Notes: a model not told the origin generated them from the letters alone. DNA of 36,796 nt from a virus (IMGVR_UViG_2537562172_000001:1-36796); one strand, 5' to 3'. Shown: positions 18,646 through 27,963, numbered from the stretch's first letter. Program-made: numbers and translations.

Positions 18646-19446
18646 TTAACCGCGCTTCGCCTTCTGCGTCGCGGTGGTTTTTCGTGTTGCAGGCTTCCGC
18701 GTTGTCTTTTTACTTTTGCTGCTTTCGTCCTGCGCCTGCTGTGCGCTGGCGTCTTCTGGTGCGGCTGCGGAATCGGCTTTTTTCAGGGCGCGGGAAAGGG
18801 TTGCAATCTCGCGTTTCACACCTGCGTTCGGGTTCAGGTGCATTGCTTCGCGCAGCAGCTTCAGTGACAGGGCCATGCTGTCCGCATCACTCAGGCCACG
18901 GCGGGCAAAGGCGCACGCTTTGCATAATTTGGCGCGCACTTCGTCCGGCATGTCCTGGTCGGTGACAATCTCCCGGAGGGTGTCCAGTGGTTCGATAAAG
19001 GCGGACAAATCCGCGTCGGCATCCGTCCCGGCCTGCGTCAGTACCGGATTACAGATTTCTTCGGTCAGTACCGTGGCAGCAGTACGTCCAAAGTTATCCG
19101 GCATGATGAGGTTGTGACGGACCACATACGCACCAATACGCAGCGCAAGCGGAAGATCGCCGCAGTCAATCGCCCACACCATCAGCGTGGCAATCACTTC
19201 GTCCTGTTGCCCGCCGTCAGCCTCCAGCGTTCCCTCAATCCAGCCGGAAAAGTCCGGCAACAACTCTTTTTTGATGGCGGCTTTCGCGCTTCTGGCCTGT
19301 ACGCCCTTAAGCCGGGCCTGTGCCAGACGCAGACGATACAGCACCTCTTCATGCGCGGTACGCGCGGCGTGGTCCACGCCTTCAGTCGACCGGCCTGCGC
19401 GCTGTGCCATCACGTTCTGCCAGTGTTGCTGTGCAGGAGTAATCAT
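18646..19446 (-). CDS. M: Terminase endonuclease (small) subunit
   Basis: 266 aa with a basic C-terminal tail, between N and L. P2 gpM synteny. Confidence 0.8.
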   Translation of the reverse strand: MITPAQQHWQNVMAQRAGRSTEGVDHAARTAHEEVLYRLRLAQARLKGVQARSAKAAIKKELLPDFSGWIEGTLEADGGQQDEVIATLMVWAIDCGDLPLALRIGAYVVRHNLIMPDNFGRTAATVLTEEICNPVLTQAGTDADADLSAFIEPLDTLREIVTDQDMPDEVRAKLCKACAFARRGLSDADSMALSLKLLREAMHLNPNAGVKREIATLSRALKKADSAAAPEDASAQQAQDESSKSKKTTRKPATRKTTATQKAKRG

Positions 19447-19491
19447 TTGTTCTCTCCGTTACAGGCGGGCATGATGCCCACCGTGAGTTGA

Positions 19492-20544
19492 TTAGCTGTC
19501 GGCGAACTTCAGGCCAGTGACCATCGCGCACTTGCCATAGTCTTCAACGACATAAGCATCGTTGATGGACTGGTAGGTGGCGATGCGGTTGTATTCCGGC
19601 TCGTCTTTCATCAGGCGACGCATTGTTCCTTTCTGCCAGTAAATCGACAGGTTGTTGAACGAGGTGATCAGCATCGTTGAATCCGGGAAGAACGGCGCAA
19701 GGAATACATCCAGCCCGCCAATGGCGCGCGATGACAGGATGAGCTGTCCGGCAAGTAATTCCGCATTGGGATTCTGGCCGCTGATGCTGTTCAGCACGGG
19801 CAGACGCAGCGAGTTAAACAGGTTGCGCCCCATAATCACCACGAGGTCGTCAGCTTCCTTGTGCCATTCATCCAGCAGGGATGAGCGCGCGTCCTGTACC
19901 AGTGCATCAGCGTTCGCATACTTACCCGCGTGCGCCACGGTGTTGTCCATGTTGCGGGAGGTCAGCGTTACATCATTCATAACGCGCTCGCTGGCGTCGG
20001 TTCTGATGTGCTCCAGCCATCCCACGTTAACGTCCTGAAGCAGCTTGTTAGTGCTGAAGTTGGACTCATCTGCGTGAGACGTGCCGTTGAAACCGATCAT
20101 GATGCGGTCAAGCGCCACCTGCCGGGCAATCTGTCTGCTGACGCGGGACTGAAAATCAGGGTGTGCCGCCCAGGCATCAAGCTGCGGATACGAAATAAAC
20201 GTGTCGTAGTTCACCTGTTCGCACTGGTATTTGCGGTTTTTCAGATCAACCACGTTATTCGGGTTACGGCGTTTTGTGCCGTCATAACTGGTATTCGTGC
20301 GCGCAATCGGCCCGGTGGTATCCAGGAGGATTTTTTCGCCTTTCTGGTCGGTCACACCGAATACGTTAATTTTTTTTGTAAATTCAGTGCTCTCCTTTAC
20401 TGCGTTTTCAAAACGCTGCTGCACCGAGGGTTCCACGGTAAATCGCGATACCAGTGCAGATACCGGGATATTGTTAAGCGACGCCTGCTGCGCCATATAG
20501 CAACCCAGTTTGTTGCGGGTAATATCTGACATCACCAGATTCAT
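19492..20544 (-). CDS. N: Major capsid protein
   Basis: 350 aa. RFTVEPSVQQ near the N-terminus parallels P2 gpN KFTVEPSVTQ. Confidence 0.9.
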   Translation of the reverse strand: MNLVMSDITRNKLGCYMAQQASLNNIPVSALVSRFTVEPSVQQRFENAVKESTEFTKKINVFGVTDQKGEKILLDTTGPIARTNTSYDGTKRRNPNNVVDLKNRKYQCEQVNYDTFISYPQLDAWAAHPDFQSRVSRQIARQVALDRIMIGFNGTSHADESNFSTNKLLQDVNVGWLEHIRTDASERVMNDVTLTSRNMDNTVAHAGKYANADALVQDARSSLLDEWHKEADDLVVIMGRNLFNSLRLPVLNSISGQNPNAELLAGQLILSSRAIGGLDVFLAPFFPDSTMLITSFNNLSIYWQKGTMRRLMKDEPEYNRIATYQSINDAYVVEDYGKCAMVTGLKFADS

Positions 20545-20567
20545 AAAAAATTTGCTCCTTTGTCTTG

Positions 20568-21404
20568 TCAGAAGTCAGCCAGTTGGTCGGAGGCTGCGCC
20601 CGTTGCGGTGAACCGGTTCTGCGGATCGCCGTCCTGCGTGCGCAGTTTTTCCTTCAGTGCTGTCAGCTCTGTGGTCAGTGAAATGATTTTCTGACGGTCC
20701 TGCTTATGGCGGGCTTCCAGTGCATTAAAACGGTCGATAATGTCGGCCTGTGACGTTGCGACGCCTTCCACCGCTTCCTGAATGCGGGAAAAACTGGTGT
20801 CATCCGCTTTGCGGCCACGGCTAATAATTCCCATTACGCGGTTAAACCACTGGGTGCCTTCTTCCTGGCGTTGTTCTGCCATTTCGATGATTTCAGACTC
20901 GATGGCTTCGGAGATAAGCGGTGCTTCACCCTGGGCACTGTTAAACGTCATCACCGCCTGACGTTGCTGTGCCGTGAATTTCAGGCGCTCAGTGCCCAGG
21001 CTTGCCGGGGTGTCGGTCATCGCCAGCCCGACCAGATAGGCGCGCCCGTTGACGGAGAACTGCGGGTGCAGTTCGATACTGGAATAGATTTTCTTGCCGT
21101 CAGCGACAAGCTGCTTCATGCGCTCGGTCGGTTCGATTTCTGCATACAGCGCAGTACGCCCGGCCAGCGTACCTTCCGTAATGTCTTCCGTACTCAGTGC
21201 GGTGACATCGCCCATTGCGGAAAATTCGCTTGACGGGCATGGCGAGAGATAGTGCTCAACGTTCACGCGGGCAGCGTAAACATCCGGATCGAAGTTCTCA
21301 GCAGCTTCACGCAGATGCACCGGACTGATTTCGCGGCCATCAACAGTTGATCCGGAGACAGCCACGCGAAACTTTTTGCGGGATGTCTTTTTTTCATTAG
21401 CCAT
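20568..21404 (-). CDS. O: Capsid scaffolding protein
   Basis: ORF 20568..21437. Likely start is the ATG at 21404 (MANEKKTSRKKFRVAVSGSTVDGREI...), preceded by GAGGGG and paralleling the P2 gpO N-terminus. Confidence 0.85.
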   Translation of the reverse strand: MANEKKTSRKKFRVAVSGSTVDGREISPVHLREAAENFDPDVYAARVNVEHYLSPCPSSEFSAMGDVTALSTEDITEGTLAGRTALYAEIEPTERMKQLVADGKKIYSSIELHPQFSVNGRAYLVGLAMTDTPASLGTERLKFTAQQRQAVMTFNSAQGEAPLISEAIESEIIEMAEQRQEEGTQWFNRVMGIISRGRKADDTSFSRIQEAVEGVATSQADIIDRFNALEARHKQDRQKIISLTTELTALKEKLRTQDGDPQNRFTATGAASDQLADF

Positions 21405-21558
21405 AGTTTTTGCCCCTCTGACTGGTTCTTCAGTCATGATGGCAAAGCGTAACAGGCTGATACAAAGGGCTTTTGTTGTAAGAAAACGACCAGAACAGGG
21501 GGTTAAGGAGAACGGTTTCGCGCGCGGGTAATCTTCCTGTAATTACTCAGGGGGAGCA
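21405..21558. promoter_or_regulatory. Divergent late promoter region (O-operon and P/Q-operon promoters expected)
   Basis: Intergenic region between divergent O and P, as in P2 where Ogr-dependent promoters lie. No exact TGT-N12-ACA box found by eye. Confidence 0.4.
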
Positions 21559-23310
21559 ATGATTCAGGACGCTTTTGTGCGCCAGCGTGCGCGGCAACTT
21601 TACTGGCAGGGTTATCCGCCCGCAGAAATATCGCGTCTGATGGGAATAAACCCGAACACGATTTATGCGTGGAAAAAACGCGACCAGTGGGATGAAACGC
21701 CACCCGTGCAGCGTGTCACTCAGTCCATCGATGCGCGCCTCATCCAGCTTACTGAAAAACAGAATAAAACAGGCGGTGACTTTAAGGAAATAGACCTGCT
21801 GACCCGGCAACTTAAAAAGCTGCATGATGGCCAGCCGGATGTGATGGCCGCAGGAAAGAAAGGCCGGGCGAAAAAACTCAAAAATCATTTCACGCCGGAA
21901 CAGATTGCCGCACTGCGGGAAAAAATCATCAGCAGGCTGGAGTGGCATCAGCGGGGCTGGTTTGACTCCCTGACCCTTTGCAGGGAAGCCGGGATACGTA
22001 ACAGGATGATCCTGAAATCCCGACAGATTGGGGCGACCTGGTATTTTGCACAGGAAGCTCTGCTGATGGCGCTGCGTGACGATGTGGCGCAACCTTACCA
22101 GCGTAACCAGATTTTTTTGTCTGCGTCGCGTCGTCAGGCGTTCCAGTTTAAAAGCATTATTCAGAAGGCCGCGGCTGAAGTTGATGTGGAGCTGAAAGGG
22201 GGCGATAAAATCATCCTCTCCAACGGCGCAGAGCTGCATTTTCTCGGCACTTCTGCTGCGTCGGCACAGTCCTATACGGGCAATTTTTATTTTGATGAAT
22301 TTTTCTGGGTCAGTCGCTTTGCTGAACTGCGCAAGGTGGCTGGCGCTATGGCAACCCTCAGCGGACTGCGGCGCACCTACTTCTCTACGCCATCCACCGA
22401 AACGCACGAGGCATACGCCTACTGGAACGGTGACCGCTGGAACGAGAAAAAGGCCTCGCATAAACGCCAGCGTTTTTCTGTGGACTGGAAAACGCTGCAT
22501 AACGGGCTTATCTGCCCTGACCGGACGTGGCGGCAAATTGTCACGCTGGAAGATGTGGTTAATCACGGCTGGAAACACACCGATATTGATGAAATTCGTG
22601 ATGAAAACACCGAAGACGAGTTCCTCAATCTCTATATGTGTGAGTTTGTCCGAGAAGGGGAATCGGCATTTAACCTGAATATCCTGATTGGCTGCGGTGT
22701 TGACGGATACGACGACTGGAAAGACTGGAAACCTTTTGCTCCCCGCCCGATGGGGAATCGTCCGGTATGGATTGGGTATGACGCAAACGGCAGCAGTGGA
22801 AACGGCGACAGCGGCGCTGTGTCCGTGGTGGTTCCTCCGGCTGTTCCTGGTGGCCGTTTTCGAACGGTGGAGACGCGACGCGTTCAGGGGCTGGAGTTTG
22901 AAGAGCAGGCCAGAGTCATTGAAGAGTTCACGTGTCGCTACAACGTGGAACACATCGGCATTGATGTGACGGGCGGGAACGGGGAGGCTGTTTATCAGAT
23001 AGTGAAACGGTTTTTCCCTGCCGCTATTCCGTACACCTTCACGCTGTCATCAAAACGGTCGCTGGTACTGAAAATGCTGCAAATAATGCGTGCCGGGCGG
23101 TGGGAATACGATCGCGCCGAACGCGAGCTGGTCGCGGCCTTTAACGCCGTGCGTAAGGTGAAAACACCGGGCGGCTTTATCACTTACGAAACGGACCGCG
23201 CGAGGGGGATCAGCCACGGCGACCTTGCGTGGGCAACCATGCTTGCTGTCATTAACGAACCAATTGGCGGCGAAGGAGAAAACGAGCGTTTCACGGTTAT
23301 GGAGTTCTGA
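21559..23310 (+). CDS. P: Terminase ATPase (large) subunit
   Basis: 583 aa (P2 gpP is 590 aa), divergent from O and followed by the portal gene. Confidence 0.9.
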   Translation: MIQDAFVRQRARQLYWQGYPPAEISRLMGINPNTIYAWKKRDQWDETPPVQRVTQSIDARLIQLTEKQNKTGGDFKEIDLLTRQLKKLHDGQPDVMAAGKKGRAKKLKNHFTPEQIAALREKIISRLEWHQRGWFDSLTLCREAGIRNRMILKSRQIGATWYFAQEALLMALRDDVAQPYQRNQIFLSASRRQAFQFKSIIQKAAAEVDVELKGGDKIILSNGAELHFLGTSAASAQSYTGNFYFDEFFWVSRFAELRKVAGAMATLSGLRRTYFSTPSTETHEAYAYWNGDRWNEKKASHKRQRFSVDWKTLHNGLICPDRTWRQIVTLEDVVNHGWKHTDIDEIRDENTEDEFLNLYMCEFVREGESAFNLNILIGCGVDGYDDWKDWKPFAPRPMGNRPVWIGYDANGSSGNGDSGAVSVVVPPAVPGGRFRTVETRRVQGLEFEEQARVIEEFTCRYNVEHIGIDVTGGNGEAVYQIVKRFFPAAIPYTFTLSSKRSLVLKMLQIMRAGRWEYDRAERELVAAFNAVRKVKTPGGFITYETDRARGISHGDLAWATMLAVINEPIGGEGENERFTVMEF

Positions 23311-24356
23311 TGAGCAGAAAAAATAAAAAAGTGCGCATGAGTTCACGCATTGATCTCGCTGATGCGCTCAGGAAAGAATCATCGCTCAGTGCATTCACAT
23401 TTGATGGTCCTTATCGCCTGACCGGGCATGACCTGCTGGACAATATGTACTGTGCTGATAACGGGCGGTGGTATGAAACCCCGGTGGACTGGTACGGTCT
23501 GGCAAGAACTGCCCGGCAAACGTCCTGGCATCAGTCTGCGCTTTACTTTAAGCGCAATGTATTACTCGGTTGCTACATCCCGCACCCGTTGCTTTCCCGG
23601 CAGGATTTCTCGGCGCTGGCGCTGGACTGGTTTGTGTTCGGTAACGCATTCCTTGAGCTTCGAAGCAATATGCTCGGCGAACCGCTTAAATTACGGCACG
23701 CCCTGGCGAAATACATGCGACGCGGAAGCGATCTTGAATCATGGTGGTATGTGCAGGATGGCAAGGACGCGTTTCAGTTTCGCCCTGGCAAAGTGTGCCA
23801 CCTGATGAATCCTGACATTAACCAGGAAATCTACGGCATGCCGGAATATCTCGGCGCATTACTCTCGGCCAGCCTGTCTCATTCGGCGGACATGTTCAGA
23901 AAACTGTATTACGACAACGGATCCCACGCCGGGTGCATCATCTACATCGGTGCGGCGCAGGTAAACCGCGAAAGCATGGACTCCCTGAAAGAAACGCTAC
24001 AGGGTGCACGTGGTGGTGGTGCGTTTAAAAACGTGCTCATTCATGCGCCCAACGGTGGCAAAGAGGGGGTGCAAATTTTGCCGTTCCAGCAGATCACCGC
24101 AAAGGATGAGTTCATGAATGTTAAGGTGGCATCCCGTGATGATGTGCTGGCTGCGCACCGCGTTCCGCCGCAACTGATGGGGGCGATGCCAGGCGAAAAA
24201 AGTGCGTTTGGTGATGTGGAGAAGGCCGCGCGGGTTTACGCAATTAACGAGCTGATGCCCGTCATGGAGGCCATGAAGCACATCAATGACTGGCTTGGCG
24301 AAGAGGTGATCCGTTTTAATTCTTATGCTCTTCTTGATGAAAAAACAGCCCCGTGA
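23310..24356 (+). CDS. Q: Portal protein
   Basis: 348 aa (P2 gpQ is 344 aa), start overlapping the P stop (TGATG). Confidence 0.9.
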   Translation: MSRKNKKVRMSSRIDLADALRKESSLSAFTFDGPYRLTGHDLLDNMYCADNGRWYETPVDWYGLARTARQTSWHQSALYFKRNVLLGCYIPHPLLSRQDFSALALDWFVFGNAFLELRSNMLGEPLKLRHALAKYMRRGSDLESWWYVQDGKDAFQFRPGKVCHLMNPDINQEIYGMPEYLGALLSASLSHSADMFRKLYYDNGSHAGCIIYIGAAQVNRESMDSLKETLQGARGGGAFKNVLIHAPNGGKEGVQILPFQQITAKDEFMNVKVASRDDVLAAHRVPPQLMGAMPGEKSAFGDVEKAARVYAINELMPVMEAMKHINDWLGEEVIRFNSYALLDEKTAP

Positions 24357-24374
24357 TGGGGCTGTCCTTTTTTA
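24345..24374. terminator. Bidirectional terminator hairpin between convergent Q and the orphan gene
   Basis: Stem acagcccc / ggggctgt with 5-nt loop; T-run CCTTTTTT downstream on the plus strand and an A6 run upstream (T-run on the minus strand). Confidence 0.55.
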
Positions 24375-24896
24375 CCAGAGTTGAACCATTTTCTGGGTGC
24401 CGTCAGGCTTGAGATTATCAATTTCAGAGAGAACGTAATATTGAATGGCTTCACAAACGGTGGTGTATGGTGAATTACCTTCTTTAAGTGGCACGATATT
24501 ATTATTAACGCGAGCCTGTATTTCATCGTTATACATTGCGATCGAAAGAGGAGTATGCACGAAGGCGACTTCGCCAGGTGTGTCGTCAACCACTGTCTCA
24601 ATGCTGAAAATCAGTTTTCGCTCATCATTGCCGCCCCTTGCTTTGGGGGTAGCGGCAGGAATCTGAGATAAAGGCATTCTGCGAAACCCTTCAGCCGTTT
24701 CCAGTCCGCATGAAACGTAATGCTGGCGATTACCGTCGCTATCCGTCCATGTCTGTGATGGCAGCTCCAGAGAGATTTCATAAGCATCAACAATTCCCTG
24801 GGCAATGCGTACAAGCGGGGTCAGGTCTTCATTGCGGCGAAAACTCTCCTTTACCTGATCTCGTTTTTCTCGTAACTGCTTGTAATTAATGACCAT
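24372..24896 (-). CDS. Orphan hypothetical protein (about 174 aa) between portal gene and the expected cos region
   Basis: ORF 24372..24935. Likely start is the ATG at 24896 (MVINYKQLREK...), preceded by GGAGG at 8 nt. No family recognised. Confidence 0.6.
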   Translation of the reverse strand: MVINYKQLREKRDQVKESFRRNEDLTPLVRIAQGIVDAYEISLELPSQTWTDSDGNRQHYVSCGLETAEGFRRMPLSQIPAATPKARGGNDERKLIFSIETVVDDTPGEVAFVHTPLSIAMYNDEIQARVNNNIVPLKEGNSPYTTVCEAIQYYVLSEIDNLKPDGTQKMVQLW

Positions 24897-25507
24897 AGAA
24901 CAGCCTCCATTGATTTCTTTGCTCGTATTTTGCACTTATGAAGTGTGGTCGGCAAGGTGCCGCATCACTGACGCGCTTCGCTTGTCTGCTGCTTCGCCGG
25001 GGCATAAAAAATTTATGCCCCGACTCTCCAGCTCCTGTATCAATCAGATAATTTCACGACGTCTTCCGACTTATCGCTATCATCGACGGCCAGACTCTTA
25101 CACAATCCCGCCGCGCTGACTGCATGTTCTCGCCGCCTCAGTGCGATTTTGACGGCCTTACCTTTCATCCCATCAAATCAGAACACCTTACGTCTTTTTC
25201 ACGCTCAGCGTGAGCGATACAGCCATTCTGTTGTGTCGCTGCGACATCGTTCAGGGAATGCTATTTACCCCCTGAAACGCGGGCTGTTCCCCCGTCACCT
25301 GCGCGCAGAAAAAACGCGTTTTTTGTGCACGTACGGATCCTTGATGGATCCAGCTGCCATGCGGGCCTGAAGGGTAAAAAGTCGTTCAAAAAAATTGTGC
25401 AAATTTGTGCACAATCTTGCATTAAAATCAACGTTCAGTGGATGTATTTAAGCGAAAAAAAAGATCTTTGTATAATTTCGTTCGGTTACGTTGGTGAGAG
25501 GTTCTGA

Positions 25508-25909
25508 GTGAAAGACATCACATATTGGAATGATAAAATTCAGAAACAAATTGATAGTTATCCTGAAGCTGTTCGAGAAAGGATAAATTTTGAGCTTGTT
25601 GCACTGCAGAGCGATTGTCCTCATTCTTTCGACAGTTTCGATTTTCCAGTGGATGGTGATGATGCCTTGGGGGTTCCACCTGCTCAAAAAAAATCAATGC
25701 GGGAAACGATTGGTCGCTACGCAATGCAATTAACCATCAAGAGTAGTGATTCTTATCGTATGATTTACGTTGCGAAATTTGCGGAGTCTGTTTACATACT
25801 TCATACATTTAAGAAAAAGACAAATGGTGTGTCAAAAAAAGAATATGAGACAGCTGCCGCAAGATACAAACAATTAGTGGAGTATCGTCGTAAAAATGGC
25901 TTAAGATAG
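25508..25909 (+). CDS. RelE/ParE-superfamily toxin, Gp49/HigB-like
   Basis: C-terminal region YRMIYVAKFAESVYILHTFKKKTNGVSKKEYETAAARYKQ fits the Gp49-like (HigB) pattern. GTG start. Immediately followed by an XRE HTH gene. Confidence 0.65.
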   Translation: MKDITYWNDKIQKQIDSYPEAVRERINFELVALQSDCPHSFDSFDFPVDGDDALGVPPAQKKSMRETIGRYAMQLTIKSSDSYRMIYVAKFAESVYILHTFKKKTNGVSKKEYETAAARYKQLVEYRRKNGLR

Positions 25910-25979
25910 CTTGCAGGTATCTCAAATCTGATATAACATAATCAATGTCAGCAACATCGCTGATTAAGGCTGGAGAGTT

Positions 25980-26297
25980 ATGGAATTCGTCGTAGTCAAA
26001 AACCCTTATGCGTCATCAAGTAGCTCTGTAAATGAAGCTAGTGATAAACACATCCGGGCCCAATTAATGGTTATTATCCGAAAAATGATTCAGGAGCGCG
26101 GTCTTACCCAGCGAGAAGCTGCTGAATTGCTGGAAACAACCCAACCAAGAGTAAGCGAAATCATTAATGGTAAGTTAGATAATCATACCATTGATCGACT
26201 GTTTATCATGCTAAACATCCTGGGGTGGGATTTTAAGTTTGGGTATTCCGGTGGGGTTGTTACTGCGACGGCAGAACATTCCTGTCAGGTTGCATAA
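25980..26297 (+). CDS. XRE-family HTH antitoxin (HigA-like)
   Basis: Helix-turn-helix segment LTQREAAELLETTQPRVSEIINGK, 105 aa, directly downstream of the toxin-like gene and followed by a terminator. Confidence 0.65.
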   Translation: MEFVVVKNPYASSSSSVNEASDKHIRAQLMVIIRKMIQERGLTQREAAELLETTQPRVSEIINGKLDNHTIDRLFIMLNILGWDFKFGYSGGVVTATAEHSCQVA

Positions 26298-26304
26298 ATA
26301 TTAA

Positions 26305-26337
26305 GCCCCTGACGGGGCCAACCGTCAGGGGCTTTTC
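26305..26337. terminator. Rho-independent terminator after the toxin-antitoxin pair
   Basis: Stem gcccctgacgg / ccgtcaggggc with 6-nt loop, followed by TTTTC. Confidence 0.65.
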
Positions 26338-26462
26338 AACACAAAGAAATGATAGTCTGAGAAATATCATCACCTTGATGTTTTGCATGTACAACTGTGA
26401 TTCTAGTCAATCCAGGCAGATAATCAAGGTAAAAATCATTCTCAGTAAGGAGGTGATTATGG

Positions 26463-26612
26463 ATGGCTTTGAAATCAATTGTAAAAAAACCGGCTCCGAA
26501 AGGATTTCGTTGGCAGTTTTGCCGATACCGTAAGGTTCGTGGTGATTCTGGTCGAAAGCTGGATGCTCATGAGTATGGCTGGAAAGCTTGGGCGTTTCTA
26601 GTGCGAAGCTGA
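26463..26612 (+). CDS. Small basic hypothetical protein (49 aa), not in ORF track
   Basis: AGGAGG about 8 nt upstream of the ATG at 26463. Translation MALKSIVKKPAPKGFRWQFCRYRKVRGDSGRKLDAHEYGWKAWAFLVRS. Followed by a terminator hairpin. Confidence 0.4.
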   Translation: MALKSIVKKPAPKGFRWQFCRYRKVRGDSGRKLDAHEYGWKAWAFLVRS

Positions 26613-26623
26613 TATTTGATATT

Positions 26624-26652
26624 TAAAAGCATGGCGAAAGCCATGCTTTTTG
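26624..26652. terminator. Bidirectional terminator between the small ORF and parR-like gene
   Basis: Stem aaagcatggc / gccatgcttt with GAAA loop, followed by TTT; A-run upstream. Confidence 0.6.
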
Positions 26653-26655
26653 TGA

Positions 26656-26970
26656 TCATTCAGGAAAAAATTCCTGAATATTCTTTTTTATTTGACTTAT
26701 ATTCTGATTTTTGCAACCAACAGGCTCGCTGTTATGCCAGCCCCATATGTGATTGTTGGCAGGCATATTTTCCCCCTCTGACCATTCAGCCAGCCAGTAA
26801 GCAAAGGCAGGATCGTTTTTAATGAGTGCCAGTCCAGCCAGAAATGCCGCGCGTTGCGCGCGGCTGCGTTCGGAGGCTGGCAGGCTGTCGAGATAATTAC
26901 ACGCTTCCCGTTCACTCTTGACTGCAGCTGGCTTCAGATAGAAACTTATCCGTCTGGTTGGTGTCGTCAT
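26656..26970 (-). CDS. parR: ParR-like centromere-binding adaptor (ribbon-helix-helix)
   Basis: From the Met at 26970: MTTPTRRISFYLKPAAVKSEREACNYLDSLPASERSRAQRAAFLAGLALIKNDP resembles R1 ParR (..FKLNPDVNQTDKIVCDTLDSIPQGERSRLNRAALTAGLALYRQDP, recalled from memory). AAGGAG SD; start lies 4 nt after the parM stop. Confidence 0.7.
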   Translation of the reverse strand: MTTPTRRISFYLKPAAVKSEREACNYLDSLPASERSRAQRAAFLAGLALIKNDPAFAYWLAEWSEGENMPANNHIWGWHNSEPVGCKNQNISQIKKNIQEFFPE

Positions 26971-26974
26971 TGGT

Positions 26975-27934
26975 TTACTCCTTGTCCATTGCGTACAGCC
27001 CATTAACCAGAGCAAACTGTGGCACCCCGTCCGCGATGAAAGTCGCATTAACTCCGCAGGCTTCGCGGATAGCGGGTGCCACAATCTCCGCCCCGCCACC
27101 GACAACCATCACCCGCCCGTAACCCGAAAAACCCGCCAGCGCGCGGATCACGCGTTGTTTCAGTGTTTCTTCCTTTTCACGAATAACCGCCATCAGGCTG
27201 GCGTAATGCGCGTCATTGTGGATGTGCTGGCGCAGCCAGGCTTCATCATGGCGATGTTCGATAATGGTATTGGCGATGTGGTGACTGGTGCGCATACCGT
27301 TAGTGGCCATCACCGACAGTACGGCATCGGCCATCAGAGAAACGCCTACGTGTGGATCGCAAAACACCTGGCTGATACCTGCCAGTTGTCCCTGAACCTT
27401 TGCCACATCCAGCGTGGTTCCGCCTAAATCCACAATCAGCAGGGATTCAAACGGACTCATGTCAGCCAGTGCTTTAAAGCCAGCCGGAATGGATTCAGGC
27501 ATAACCCGTACGTTACGGATAGTGAATGCTTCGCCGTTCTGGTACTCCACCGGGCGCATGACGTTCGCTTTTTTGCGGTTGATGTTGGCCATGTCCGGCT
27601 GTGCGTTTGTGTCGAAATACTCGCTCAGTGGCAGGGTGACAACCACATCCACTTCCTGTGGTGTGATGCCTGATTTGACCAGCGCGTGATGAATGGCGAT
27701 TACATTCACATCGCTGTACTGGTATTGCGTGTCAGTCGTCTGGACAAAGCGATCGCTGACCGGATCAAAGCCATAGCGCACGCCATCAAGCATGTAGTTC
27801 GCGGGATGCGTGCCACCGAACGGCGCAGACCATTCCGACTTGAAGCTGTTCGGGCTGATGGCGTTGCGGCGTTCGCCGTTCTCAGTCCATGCCAGCTTGA
27901 TGTTGGTGGAGCCGTCGTCGATACAAATTTTCAT
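26975..27934 (-). CDS. parM: ParM/StbA-like actin-fold ATPase (type II plasmid partition NTPase)
   Basis: 319 aa. MKICIDDGSTNIKLAW (phosphate-1 motif), SPNSFK, YQYSDVNV..HHAL, TLPLSEY, RKKANV, VMPESIPAG and LIVDLGGTTLDV (phosphate-2 motif) align along the whole length with R1 ParM as recalled. Confidence 0.85.
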   Translation of the reverse strand: MKICIDDGSTNIKLAWTENGERRNAISPNSFKSEWSAPFGGTHPANYMLDGVRYGFDPVSDRFVQTTDTQYQYSDVNVIAIHHALVKSGITPQEVDVVVTLPLSEYFDTNAQPDMANINRKKANVMRPVEYQNGEAFTIRNVRVMPESIPAGFKALADMSPFESLLIVDLGGTTLDVAKVQGQLAGISQVFCDPHVGVSLMADAVLSVMATNGMRTSHHIANTIIEHRHDEAWLRQHIHNDAHYASLMAVIREKEETLKQRVIRALAGFSGYGRVMVVGGGAEIVAPAIREACGVNATFIADGVPQFALVNGLYAMDKE

Positions 27935-27963
27935 GTCGCTTTTCCTTATGTTGATTAATTAAT

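Noticed and set aside
21405-21558. Exact Ogr-binding boxes (TGT-N12-ACA) in the P/O divergent region
   Set aside because: Only near-matches with wrong spacing were found by eye, so specific sites are not annotated.
26697-26915. 72-aa minus-strand ORF inside the parR-like gene region
   Set aside because: Out of frame with the ParR-like protein, which has a recognisable family signature. Judged spurious.
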